In this document: positions 50,943 through 63,256 of the stretch, piece after piece
How the letters are laid out: every line of letters starts with the position of its first letter
Position numbering within the stretch: position 1 is the stretch's first letter
Program-made: the position numbers and the translations under genes
Notes under the pieces: generated by a model
What the model saw: only the letters and a program-made list of their open reading frames with translations
What the model was told of the DNA's origin: nothing
Databases searched by the model: none
From: Podarcis cretensis
Taxonomy: Eukaryota
Length of the DNA: 64,000 bases
Reading direction: 5' to 3'
Assembly: GCA_951804945.1 (NCBI GenBank)
Contig: OX638154.1
Location: 71,734,001-71,798,000 of the forward strand

Positions 50943-51707
50943 GTCTAGAGAGTTTGGTATTTTGTTTTACATTGCTAAACTTTGCTTTCATTACTGGCAT
51001 TTAGCCAGTGACCCTCTGCCTCTGAACTGCACCTTCCCCAATTTATGGTAAAATCTCGCTAAATTATTGCATAACCTTGCTAAAAGTTGAACGTGTGCAC
51101 AGGTGAAGGGGAACAGAACAGTGATCAGATTATATCTGAATGTGCAAAGTCTGAACAGAAACACACAAATGTATTTCTCGCATGAGTTGTAAACTCCTGT
51201 ATATGACTGTTCCAAAGTCAATCTAATTCTGCTTTGAAGGCATGACTGCTGTTTTGCTTGAAACAAATGCAGAATGTAGCTTCAGTACAGGCTAGAATAG
51301 CACTCCCTCAATGGAAACTCTACTCATGCACCTCAAGCCACTAGTCTCCCATCCTCCTGAAGCAGCAGCTGTTTTAAAACGGCTATCACCTCACAAGTAT
51401 GACTGTCTCCAGCTGCTCAGGAAAGAATGAGGTTAAGGAGGGACACCTGCTGTCAGCCAAGGAAAATGGGGAAGGAAAGGGTGGATGCAGGAAAATATCT
51501 GGGGGGAGGGAAGCCCATCCCCTACAAGAAGCCTTGGTTGGCACAATCCAATCCCCCAGTCCTTCAGAGAACGAGTTCTGCTCCCAGAGTCTCTCAACCA
51601 ACACCCCCTCTATTGTAGAACAAGTATTTTGCTTTTGCTGTATATTGTCCTTTATGCACACTGCTCTCTGAAAGTGAGAATGGAATTATCAAGGAGTATT
51701 ATATAAT

Positions 51708-52065
51708 GGGGGATGTGGGTGACGCTGTGGGTTAAACCACAGAGCCTAGGACTTGCCGATCAGAAGGTTGGCGGTTCGAATCCCCGCGACAGGGTGAGCT
51801 CCCGTTGCTCGGTCCCTGCTCTTGCCAACCTAGCAGTTCGAAGGTACGCCAAAGTGCAAGTAGATAAATAGGTACCGCTCTGGCGGGAAGGTAAATGGCG
51901 TTTCTGTGCGCTGCTCTGGTTCGCCAGAAGCGGCTTAGGCATGCTGGCCACATGACCCGGAAGCTGTACGCCGGCTCCCTCGGCCAATAAAGCGAGATGA
52001 GCATCGCAACCCCAGAGTCAGTCACAACTGGACCTAATGGTCAGGGGTCCCTTTACCTTTACCAT
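51708..52065 (+). mobile_element. Sauria-type SINE with 11-bp TSD
   Basis: TATTATATAAT at 51697-51707 and 52066-52076. Confidence 0.92.
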
Positions 52066-55000
52066 TATTATATAATAAAGAATTCACCTATGCAGTTCCC
52101 ATTGGGACAAACAGAAATACCGCTTGATCTTTGCCACATCCCATTTTCTTTCCAAGTGCATTATCAGATATTTGCAATGAAAAGCAAGCGCTTGAAAAAA
52201 AAACCCAAAGCCTTACAATAAGTCAGCTTTGGTGTTTTTTTGCCATCATAAATACGTGTGCAGACACTCAACACAAGTAACAGAGAAAGAAAAGGCAGCT
52301 TTTGCGGTCAGTTTAAATTCATCATCTTGGCACAGAGGTGTCTGCAAGCTTTTCTATATGACACCTGGGGTGGAGGTGGGGAACTACACAAGATTATAAA
52401 CTGCCTTCTGCAGATAACACGAAAAGTGAAGATAGCCACGTTGGCCCGTGAGCTTGTGTTACCTAGTTTTTAAAAAGTTATAGAGCTTCTGCAATAAAGC
52501 AATTAAATGCACAGCCGCACACCCACTTCTTTCAAAGCTAGAGACCAACAAGCATCACATGGGAATCACTGTACTTCATAAAGTCAGATCTCATCTCATC
52601 TACTCAATCGAAGTCTATTTAATCCATCAAGTCAATCCTAATTAAATCAACATGTACACAACTCTGCTCAGACGCAGAAAGGCTGACTCAAATTAACCCC
52701 AGAAGTCAATACTCAAGATTCCTCACCGTGCTCCCCCGCCACCAGTTATACTAAACGGATACAGCTATTGTCTTGGACCGAACACTGTCATTTGGTCTAA
52801 TGCAAACTGGCTATATAAAATTGTGATCAAAAGCACCAGCCTTCTGTTTTCGAAGGAAGTCTGCAGGGATATTTATCTTTCTCCTCCCACAGCTACACAT
52901 TCATACAGAAAGCCTTACAAACTCTGAAGCTGCAGTTCTTATATAAAAGGCAACGCATTACGGTAAAAACAGAAAGCTTTTTTATCTAAATATGGACTAC
53001 TTGGCTGCAGGATGGAATGCAAATAATGTTCCTTTCAGTACCTCCTGAACTAAAAATACTGTTCTCCCTTTTTTATGATTTGAGGAAGTCTTAAGGATGC
53101 TAGGTATAATTCAGTAAACATTATCTCGGAAAACCTCAGCAGCAAACACTATAGTTAAGATGGAAATAGCAAGAGAGAGACACTTATTTTCAGAAAGCTT
53201 GCAATTGTCTAAAAAAGAGATTTCCTCTATGGCAGGCAGGCAGGCAGTTAAGGATTGCTGTTTTTTCTTATGAGAGTCCTGCTTAATTCTGGAATGGTTA
53301 AAAAAAACCCAGCATAGCACATACAGGAGAATTCTGTACCAAGAAAATAAGACAGTAAAATGCGAGTGACTTAGAAAGCATGATGAGTATTAAACAATGT
53401 GATGCTTACTGAGAAGCCAACTCATGCAGCCTTTCTGCGGTCACGCAGTTCAAGACTTCTGTTTCAGTAGCCCTTCAGGAGGGATGGTTCTGTTGCCAGG
53501 TTTAGATATATACATGCAGAGTTGGAAGAGAAAGTTGCTTTCTTTGTAAAGGGGCGGCAGTATATCATCTGCCTCTCGCTGGTTTTAAAAGTCAGGGAGA
53601 AGAGTTGAATGAAAAATGGACAAAGCACAACTGTCGCTGTGAACAGCACAACCGTGCCAAGTTCACCCTTCTGCACTGGCTAGTAAAAGTTATCCCGTGT
53701 CCTGACAACATCACGCTTTGTTTTTTCCCATCGGCAACAGTCAGCAATGTGGAGCAATGGCAGGAAAGGTAAGTTCCCCTACGTTGTTGCAAAGCTTGAT
53801 ATTGAGTGTCGTGTTTTATGGCAGCCCTATCTTGATTTGCAGGAAAGTAACAATAAAAATCATACTTAGTGCAAATCAGAACCTGGAAAGATATTAAAGA
53901 CATTTATTAGTAAGTCCCCTTGAAGAAGTGCTACACAAAATTCCATTTGCATGCAACGGTTAAGCTGTTTAGTCTCCATTACGGGCAACAAGGATGATTA
54001 GATGATATTCCAGATCTGCTAAAAGGTATTCTGGGAAATATAGCAATCATATCTGTTGTGCTGTTATGGAAACAGGTCAATTATGGACAAGGAAAGTATT
54101 TCAAAATCAATACTCAGCATAAAAACTATACATAAGCTGGCATCTGCCCCAGCCCAAAGAATATCCCTTTTGGGGGCGGGGTAAATATTTAGAAAATCAC
54201 TAGGCAGAAGACAGTAACAACCAGCTATGATTGAAAGCCATGAAGACATTTACATACCACTTCAGAGTAACTGCATGTGCTACTCAGTACTACACATTCA
54301 TACAAACAAATTGATTTGCCCTGCTGCCCTTTATGTGACAATTTTGTCTGGAGGAGCTGTCATTTCAGCTTTGACTGAAATTAACTGTAGACACCTTAAC
54401 AGGATTAAAAGAATCACTAAGTACTCCTTAGCAATAAAGCCAATTATGTAACAGCAGGGACTCTCTTCATCAATTATTGCATTCAATGTGATTACTATTC
54501 AATGGACACAGAGGCAAGGCTGCATTCATTAACTCAATACACAAGGAACAGTATAGGATAAATTTGCAATCAATTTCACCAGGGTTCATTATAGCCACCA
54601 CAATCATGAACCAATCTTGATTTAGTTAAGCAACAAATTTTCCTCAGTGAGTTGAAAGCCTCTATATAATTTCCCTTAATTCAAAAACGAACTTTAATCT
54701 ATCAGAAGTCCTCTGCCAATACTCGTGGGAGCTATGTATGTATTAAGAAATTGATCCATGAAACATGGCATAAAATGCATGTAGATTTCCTACAGCGGTC
54801 ATATTTACACCTCACCAGCTTGCAAATAAAGTATATATTACGATGAACTCAGTAGAAGCCACAAAAAATAGCTAGTATGTCTCAAGAAAAGCATAACTCT
54901 GATGTTGTAGAAATTAAAAGCACACACAAAATGGAATCCCCCCCTCCTCGCTCCTTGTTTTCTGTTTTTGTTTTTTAAAAACAACCCTGAGAAGCAAAGC

Positions 55001-55528
55001 CAATTTAGAAACAATGTTAGGCGTATCCCTATAGACAGCACTATTAAGAAAAATGTTCAATAAGTTGTAATGGGCAATTTGTGTTATATAGTTTGTTCTA
55101 AGAACTGAACAAAAATTAAAATGTCAGTTCTACGCAAACAAAAATCAACGGCAGATCTCATATAGTAGGATATAACTAATTCCCAATCATGGCAGAAAAT
55201 AGTGTTTCAGCAAACCTACTAGAAGAATGATTGGGAGAGATGTTTCTACATGAGCAAATGAAAGTTTCAGAATTCGTTACAGAAGAAAACTAAAGTAGGC
55301 CTAGTGAAACTAAAGCTTTCTAAAAGAGTAAGTCTGGTTAAAAAAATCAGTTCATTTCTGAATGAAGATGAATTGATCAAGCTGTATGAGTGAATTAACG
55401 CTTACGTAAGACTTGAACTTCCAGAGAAATGGGACTTTCAGCTTACCCCAAAATGATAGCTAGTACCACCTTATGAAATGTAATATTTAACAACATCGCT
55501 GTAGGTTAAATGTTTGCACTCCTCTTAC

Positions 55529-56227
55529 CTCCCACAGTACCTTTTAATGTAGGGCTATCTTCCACTGCAAACCCAGTCTGAATACTGCACGTAGGCTTTT
55601 GTTTGTGTACTTGCAAATGTTCCATGGAATGTACAGCATCTACTTCATAAATTTCCCTGGGCAGAGTGTTTCCGACACAGTCTAGGACGTGTGCGAGGCC
55701 TTCGTTAGGCCTTACGACTTTAACCAAGTCATTCCCAGAAGGCACCTTGCAATTAATGGCTTGAGGGTCCAAATGGTCAGCATTACAACCAGGGAAATTG
55801 GGCTCATCGTCTTCAGGGATAGGGTTGTACCATATTTCTCCTTCATCATCTGCATCGTTATCATCCCCAAAATCTAAAGTACAGTTTTGCCGTGCCAAAG
55901 AGCTTGCCCCATTCTCAACAGCTCGTACGCAACCCATTCTTCTTTTAGGGCTTTCATGCCCTAGAAGCTTGGGGAAAAGGTGAGGCATCTTCGGCTCAAG
56001 CAATGGGCTGGGCGATTTCTGTCTCTGGTGCGTTTCTCTTGAAATTTTCTTATACGAGTTTCCTTTTTCCAAACTGGGCACCCTTGGAGAACTTTGATGT
56101 AGCCAGTTACGTTTCTTGGACACGGTGATGCTGGCAATCCGAGGCCTGCACTCAGCGACTTCGGTGGATTTGAAGTTCTTAAGTTCTCTTCTGCTCACCG
56201 ACGGTATGTACACTGTTTCAATCAAAT
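55529..56227 (-). CDS. SYDE2: SYDE2 coding exon 2 (D)LIETVY...SITVSKKRNWL...DADDEGEIWYNPIPEDD...EDSPTLKGTVG
   Basis: cag acceptor, gtaaga donor; 699 nt, phase 1-1. Confidence 0.94.
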
Positions 56228-56347
56228 CTGTAAAGGATGGGGAAGAGGGAAACAGAGAGAGCAAATTGAAATTGGGGAGTGGGGTGGTCTACAGCAGCAC
56301 ATTGCAAGTGTCCAGAAAGCCTGAAAAAAGCTTCTGTTTCATAGACG

Positions 56348-56484
56348 TAAAGCAGCCAACCTGGTGCCCTTCCAAAGAGTTTTGGACTAAAAAACCCATC
56401 AGCCCATTCAGCATGCTTTACTGGCTGGGGCTGATGGAAATTGCAGCCCAAAACATCTGGAGGGCACCAGGTTGGCAAAGGCTG
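56348..56484. mobile_element. Palindromic hAT-like MITE
   Basis: gccaacctggtgccct...agggcaccaggttggc inverted arms. Confidence 0.65.
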
Positions 56485-57027
56485 ACATAAAGGTAAAGCT
56501 CTGATGGAAACAGAACTCCCTTGATTTTACTTTCCCCCTTTTTTAAATAAAAAAACTACATAAACTCTGTAGCTATACATTATACACACATTATATCCAT
56601 ATACAGGCATAGCTCAGCATACAGGCATTCTACACAGTTTCAATATACAACAGGGATGGCGGACGGGGAGGGGGAGGCTGTATATTTTGATGGCTAAATA
56701 TTCAAATATGACCAGATGCACAGATCCGACAGCAATAAAAATCTTGAAGTAACTACAAATGGTAGGACAGTCGTGTCTGAACATGCATCACATTCCAAGT
56801 GTGCAGACACAGCGAGAAAAGGATCTACCCCACCCCCACCCCAATATCAGACACTGCTTGATAAACATTAAGTTAGGGAGCATGTTATAATGTAGCTATC
56901 ATGGCCCACCAAGGGACCAGATTCTTGACTAGTTCAGATTCTTTCATCCTTCTGGGACTTGGCTTGGGCTACCATCATGGCCTCCCAATAGTCCATATGC
57001 TAAACAAATACTCACTAGGAAAATCCT

Positions 57028-57160
57028 AGTATCTGAAGAAGTGTGCATGCACACGAAAGCTCATACCAAGAACTAACTTAGTTGGTCTTTAAGGTGCTAC
57101 TGGAAGGATTTTTTTTATTTTGTTTTGACTATGGCAGACCAACACGGCTACCTATCTGTA
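57028..57160 (+). mobile_element. Penelope-derived mini-insertion (single pseudo-LTR end)
   Basis: 14-bp TSD ACTAGGAAAATCCT (57014-57027, 57161-57174); ends cagaccaacacggctacctatctgta. Confidence 0.87.
57029..57066 (+). ncRNA. Minimal type-I hammerhead ribozyme motif (PLE-associated)
   Basis: Stem I GUAU/AUAC; core identical to 49103-49140. Confidence 0.65.
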
Positions 57161-58811
57161 ACTAGGAAAATCCTGTAATTTTACTAGAACATGGAAGCGG
57201 GGTTTAAGAAAAGTTTCGCTGTGTTACTGTCTCCTATGGAACAAATTAACATTTAAAGTTATTAGGCAAAATAAAATTGTACAAATGAAGCCATTAGGCA
57301 GAACATTTCCCATCAGCCAATCAAACTCGGGATTACGACCAAGAACAGAATAGAACTTGACTTCATTTAACTTTACCCATGCCTCCATACAACCTATTCA
57401 AGCAGACAGGATTCATTCTACCTATTTTTAAAAACGCAAATGGGTAAGTTCTTTGTTAAAATACTACTACTAATAATAATCACTCGCTATGTTGGTTTAT
57501 ATATTTTGTTATTACTCAAAATCTGAAAGGCTAAAGTCCGCCCCTGTATGGGGCAAGAAGCATTCCTACATCTCAACCCAGATTTCTGGAGTAAGTCTTT
57601 TTCTTTTCCTGTGACTACTCAAGTCTGTACAATTAACAGGCACCTTGTAATTATGTGCATTTTTACCTTCCCATGTCTGTAAAACAATACACAGAATGTA
57701 GTACCATTGTGCAACCAATACTTAGAATGCTCTGGCTAATTATATTTTTCTGAAGCAGTGTTTTGCAATAAATCTAGGAGGATTTAGAGCAATGAAACTT
57801 TAAACCAGGCATAATCCTAAAACAGAACTTAAAACAAAACTGGGGAGGGGAGAGGCACCCTCGAAAAGCATTTTCCACTGAAGCTATTCCACACACACTT
57901 ATGTGGAAAAGTTAAAACATGAAAGAAACTGTATTAAAAAGCAACTGCTTCTTTCAGTTAAGATTAGAGACCACACACTGTTAAAGAGGAGTATTTGAAT
58001 AAATAAGTTATTAACGTTTAATTTACAAGCTGGTTCATTCATTATAAAAAGCACCGATACCTGCTAATGCAAGTGACTATTTCACACAAGCACTGTTAAC
58101 ACTAAAGTGGACATCCTGGAGCTTTGTTAAATGTTCTGGCTTTCCTGCAAGATCTAGACTGATCACAGCCATGGCTGTGGGAGAATGGGCCACTTGAGGG
58201 TACTGGGGGCCAGTTGCCATGAAATGCCCCTGGGGGCAACATTTGCAGAGGAGGAGGAGACTCCCTTCTCTTTAACTGCCCCGTAGAAATGAGAATTTTG
58301 ACAGGAGCACTTGCTGAAATTCCCTTTCCTGTGCAGTCTGTTTCTTTACAACTGAGCACCTTAGCAAGATACACATCTCTGTGTTTGTAGGACCATGAAG
58401 CAATTCACAAGTGTCCACCCTATATTAAAAGGGCAAGTTTTCCCTCCTCCATTAGGGACAAGTTAGGAAAGCTAACAGCCCTCCGGAGAGCAGATTCTCA
58501 ACACATAACTCATATCCATAGCTACTCAACATTAATCACACATGTACAAACTAGACCTAAGGCTATGTCTAGTTTACAACAACAGCAGAAGCAAGTTTAA
58601 CAAGGGCAAAGCACCACAGCGATCCTGTAGATTTATTGCAGCAATCCTAATTAGAAGTTATTTAAGGTGGGGGGCGGGGGGTGCTAAGATGCAATGAGAA
58701 AACATATTCAAACCCTGTGTAGTCTTTGAATTGTGTGATCTTATTACCTGGAAGTAAATCCCGCAGAACACCATGGGGCTTGCTTACGAGGAAGCATGCC
58801 TCAGTCTACAC

Positions 58812-59165
58812 CAGAGGTTCCCAAACTTATTTGACCTACTGGCCCCTTTTCAGGAAAAAAACAAAACAAAACATTACCCAGCACCCCCCAGAAAATCTAC
58901 CTTCTTTACAGAAAGGTGCAGTGGCAAATTTGTGTTCTTTTATGTATCTATATTTCTACCTATGTTCTACAACATAGTAAATAAAGATGTAGTTGTAAAC
59001 AACGGATGAAACATGTAGTTTTTCAAAATTTTCTTCTCTTCATGCTTCCACTGCCCCCTTATTTTTATTCAATGTCCCATCCCAATTGCACCCGAGGTTA
59101 CTACCGCCCCCATCATTCCAGTGCCTCCCCCCAGGGGGCGGTATCACCCACTTTGAGAACCATTG
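58812..59165. mobile_element. hAT-Charlie-like MITE
   Basis: Near-perfect 8-bp TSD G(T/C)CTACAC; cagaggttcccaaac...tttgagaaccattg termini. Confidence 0.75.
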
Positions 59166-61812
59166 GCCTACACTGACATACAGAATTTGTCTGTTTTGGA
59201 AATACTTTCAATCAGCTGTGCACACATTGTACCTTTAGAGTACATGCAAGATGCATTACTTTCCTCAATAAATTCTGGGCACTGCTGTTTAAGAATTGCT
59301 AGAAATTGCATCTCTGTGAGGAATAAACTACAGTGCCCAGAATTACTGTGAGTGAAAGAATGTGCTTTAAAGACATAGCAGGTACACAGATCTTTCTTTA
59401 ATTGTCACAGAATGTGGTCAGTGGTGTGTTAAGTACTGATTTTTTGTGTGTGACCTGGGCACTGTGGCGGGTGCCTTTGATTTAGTACAGAACACAACAG
59501 CTGATTTAAGGTGGGTGCCATCTTCCCTCATACTAGCATCTTTAATATTTGTCTCTCCCTGCACTTTTTTGTCTTGACGAACTAGATAGGGTAATACAGT
59601 ATAGGATTTATTGAGCTGTACTGTTTCTTGGATGTTAAGCAGAGAGCAATACAGCAGAAAATGGTCCAGAACAACACAGAGGGCCAAAGACAGGTTTAAC
59701 AGATGAAAAGGACTGTATCTCCCCTTAGGATAAACCAATCAAAACTACTAAGCTACCCATTTAAATTAGAAAGCTCTTTGATTAAGCATTTCTAAAATCT
59801 TCTAAATAAATAACTCAATGGGGCTGCTCTAAGCATGACTCAATTTGGATCCAACCCAATGTTCTGATGAACTTGAAGTATTTCACAAAGGAAACTTACT
59901 ATAGGCTTGCCCAGAAAAAGATAATTAAGCACTTTCCAAGTATTTATCATCATCATCATCATTTCTATTACTATTATTCGAATCTGTAGCTTCTCATTTC
60001 TACATACAATACTGGACTATCTACAATAATGTGGACTTTATAGAGAAATTAAACACCAAGGGACCTAGAAACTGAAAGCTTACTTCATATACGGGTACTT
60101 TAATAAGTGAGCTATTAACACGGTTTAGCAACACGTTGCGAGATTAATGTATAAAAGGGAGGCATTTTTCTGGAAGCATCCATGTTGATTTGCCAACCCT
60201 TCTGGGAATGTTTCACCCCCTCAGGGCCAATAGAAATAAATGAGGCAGTGGTGCTTGACCAGATAACATTAACATGTTCCTCCCCACCCCACTGTGCTTT
60301 CCCCCCCACTCCCCCCTGTTTTTGTTTTGTCACCAGAATTGTGAAGTGTACTTGTGAACCTGCCACTGGGCAGAGATTTCAGGGGTGGGAGGGAGAGATA
60401 AAAAAAAGAGAAGTATTTTCCACGATACTTCTTGTACTCAAAGTAACTAAACATTTATGGTTAATAAGTGTCACACGTCCATTAAGATTTCACACAGAGG
60501 TTACAATTTAAAACAGTAACTGGGGCGGAGAGAGACAAATTGCTGGCGGGGGGGGGGGGGGAGAGGAGAAATAGTTCCAGACTAAGGATGACTTTTCACA
60601 CTGTATTCACAGCAGGGGAAGTGCTACTGGGCAACTCTTTGCTCTGCAACTTGGGGTAAAATGAGGACTGTTTACAAGGCAGCTCCTCCCCATCGCATTT
60701 AGAGTAGCACTGTGCCAGGTAGGGTCCTCCTCAAGGCTTTCTTACACCAGAGAAAGGGGTTGCACTGCTGCACCAGGCTCAAATGCTGCCAATGTGGCAA
60801 GTCCTCAATATTTCAATTCTTCTCCCAGCCTAAAATAAGCTCCCTGCACATGAAAAACAGCATGCAAGGGTAAATGTTAGGATGGAACCTCTCTCCTTGC
60901 TATGCCAGCTTTCCACCTGCAGAGATATTTGATGCGGAAAAGCCCTCCCCACAACTTACCTTTGGAGAAATCGAGGCTCAGAAGCATTATGCCTTTCCTC
61001 CCCTCCCCCCCTTAATTAATATTTTAATGGCAGAATACAACAGAGCCAAAGGCAAGATTTTTTAAGTTTTGCTGAATTTGAATGGGGGAGATGTATGCAA
61101 CTGCTTAACTCTCCCAATGAAATAAGTGAGATGTAAAAAAGCTTTAAAAAAAATTCCAGCTTGCGCACTGGAATAAGGAGAAGTTATGGTTACTGTACAG
61201 TATTTCTTCCTATTCTACATGTACTCTCCTTTCCTTTAACTAACCTACTTGTTCTGGTCTGCAAACACAAGTGACCTAATTTTTGTGCATGTGTGTGTTT
61301 TCCCTTCATGTGAATCCCACACACCACTTGCAAATTAGTATTTGGCAGGCAAACTTTACGAAAGCCTTGTCTCTTTCTCAGCACTCTGCATGCCTGTTAT
61401 GGCAAACTTGCTATTTTTATGCAATACTACAGAGAGTAGTCAACAAGCTTCACATGCCGTAAGCATTAGTTGTATACTCCATCCAGCCCAGAAATGGAGA
61501 CTATTTTGCCTTTAGCAGAATGCAGCAGAGCAGGTGAGGCTTGGAATAGGCCTGCTCCTTAATTAAAATAAACAAAAGGCAAGTCTCCTGCACCTGAAAG
61601 CAATTCAGCCAAGTGAAGCTTTTCCCAAATGCAAGGGTGCAAGGGATGCAAGGGTGAGGCAAACTGCACTGAAGTGTTTTCTTTCTATCAAGCAGCTGTT
61701 AAAAGCACTGTCCATAAAAGAAAAGAAAAAGAACAGAGCAACTTTTGGGAGGCTTCCATACCTCCAACCATGGGAAAGTGAGGAGGGGGGAAGTGGTCAC
61801 AAAAATCATTAC

Positions 61813-63256
61813 CTGTCAGCAAGATTCTTTGGTCTGAAGGGGATCCTAGGCCCTTTCCACCTTGACCCCTCAAGGGGGCAGGAGGCGGCGTTGCCGGCCC
61901 CTCTTCTCTGCCCAGAGGTGGCCCGCAGGTCCTGGATGTTTTTGCGGGAGACGAAGACGACGAAGCCCTCGCTGGCTCGCTGCGGCCTTTCATGCCCAGA
62001 GAGAGGAGGCGTCCTTTGTACATCCATTTCTGCAGCTTCCGGACCGTCACGGCGGGAGGCTTGCAGGGGCCGCCGTGGGTGCCTGCCGGAGGGCGCACGT
62101 GGCTTCTGCCGCCGCCCCCCTCCGCCGCCGGCTCCGCCGCGCCCTTCAGCGCCACCGCCTCGCCCAGGGCGGCGCACAGCTCCGAGCCCAGCAAGCGGCC
62201 CAGGTCGTCCCGCGGCAGCGCCGACGGATGTCCCTCGCCCGCGCTCCGGCTGCCGGGGCTTGGCTCGCAGCTGCTGTGGCCGGAGCAGCCTAGTCCCCGC
62301 CTGGCGCCCGGCCGCTGCAGCAGGTGGCCCCGGGGCGAGGGGCCGAGCGCGCCGTCGCTGCTGCACCTCCGCAAGGGCGGCGGTCTGGCGGGCGGCTGGG
62401 CAGCGGGGAGGCTCTCCCAGCTCTTGCTGATGCCCCGGCGCCAGGCGGGGGCCCTGCCCGAGCCTTGGGAGCCGGAATCGGGCGCTCGCGACGGCGGGGA
62501 CCCGTCCCCGCGCGGGAAAGACCAGCTTGAGGCATCGTGGCTCCTCCCAGCCGAGGAGGAGAAGGGCAGCGGGTGGGCAAGGGGCTGCGGGGAGCGGGCC
62601 CGGACGACGGGGCTGGCCGGGGGCAGGTCGTGCATGGCGTGGATCAGCAGGTAATAAGCCTCCTGCAGCTGGCTGCGAAGCCGGCCCGCGCTCTCTTGGG
62701 CCTCGGAGGGGCCGCCGCCAAGGGCCACGCTGCCGTCGGCGTCCCCCTGCGCCCGGCACGCCAATTTGGGGCAGCTCCATCCGGGCAGGCTGTGGTTGTC
62801 GTAATAGTCCTCTTCCTCGCTCCCGCCGCCCCGCTCCAGCGCAGAGCCCGAGTCCTCCCCCCGGGGGAAAAACGACGACGACGACGACGACGAGAAGCAG
62901 AGCTCGGCCGCCGGCGGGGGCGCACGGAGCCCCGGCGGGCTCGGCGGAGGCAGCTGCCGCCTCCCTTCCACGCGGTTCTTCGGCGGGCCAAGGCGGGCTC
63001 CGGGGGATTCTTCCTCAGGCGCCGCTGCCGCCTTCCCCCGCTGGGACCAAGCCTCCGGCTCCTCCAGGTGGGGCGCGAAGACCCCGCCGCTGCCGAGCGC
63101 GCCCGGCGCCCCGCTTCCCGGGCGCGCCAGATTCTGCTGGGCTCGGCTTCGAAGGGCGCCGCCTCCGCTGGGGTGCCCGGCGGCTTCCCCCGCCGCCCCT
63201 CGCTGCGCCCGCCTGCCCCGCAGCTTGGAGAGGGTCCTGCGCAGAGGGTCAGCCAT
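61813..63256 (-). CDS. SYDE2: SYDE2 coding exon 1 MADPLRRTLSKLRGRR...MHDLPP...PPAVTVRKLQKWMYKGRLLSLGMKGR...DQRILLT
   Basis: ATG at 63256 (ggcATGg); donor gtaatg; 1444 nt. Downstream in-frame ATG at 62635 is an alternative start. Confidence 0.88.

Larger units (their letters stand above)
25764..63256 (-). other. SYDE2: SYDE2 gene (synapse defective Rho GTPase-activating protein homolog 2), complete 7-exon CDS, 1424 aa
   Basis: Exons of 1444+699+1100+127+182+232+491 nt splice in frame. Contains C2 domain, RhoGAP domain (GLYRLCG arginine finger) and C-terminal [21 protein letters not shown], matching recalled SYDE2. Confidence 0.97.

Noticed and set aside
55539-55541. Alternative in-frame donor 12 nt inside SYDE2 exon 2 (AAG|gtactg)
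   Set aside because: Weaker than GAG|gtaaga at 55529, which better fits the recalled ortholog length; no transcript evidence available.
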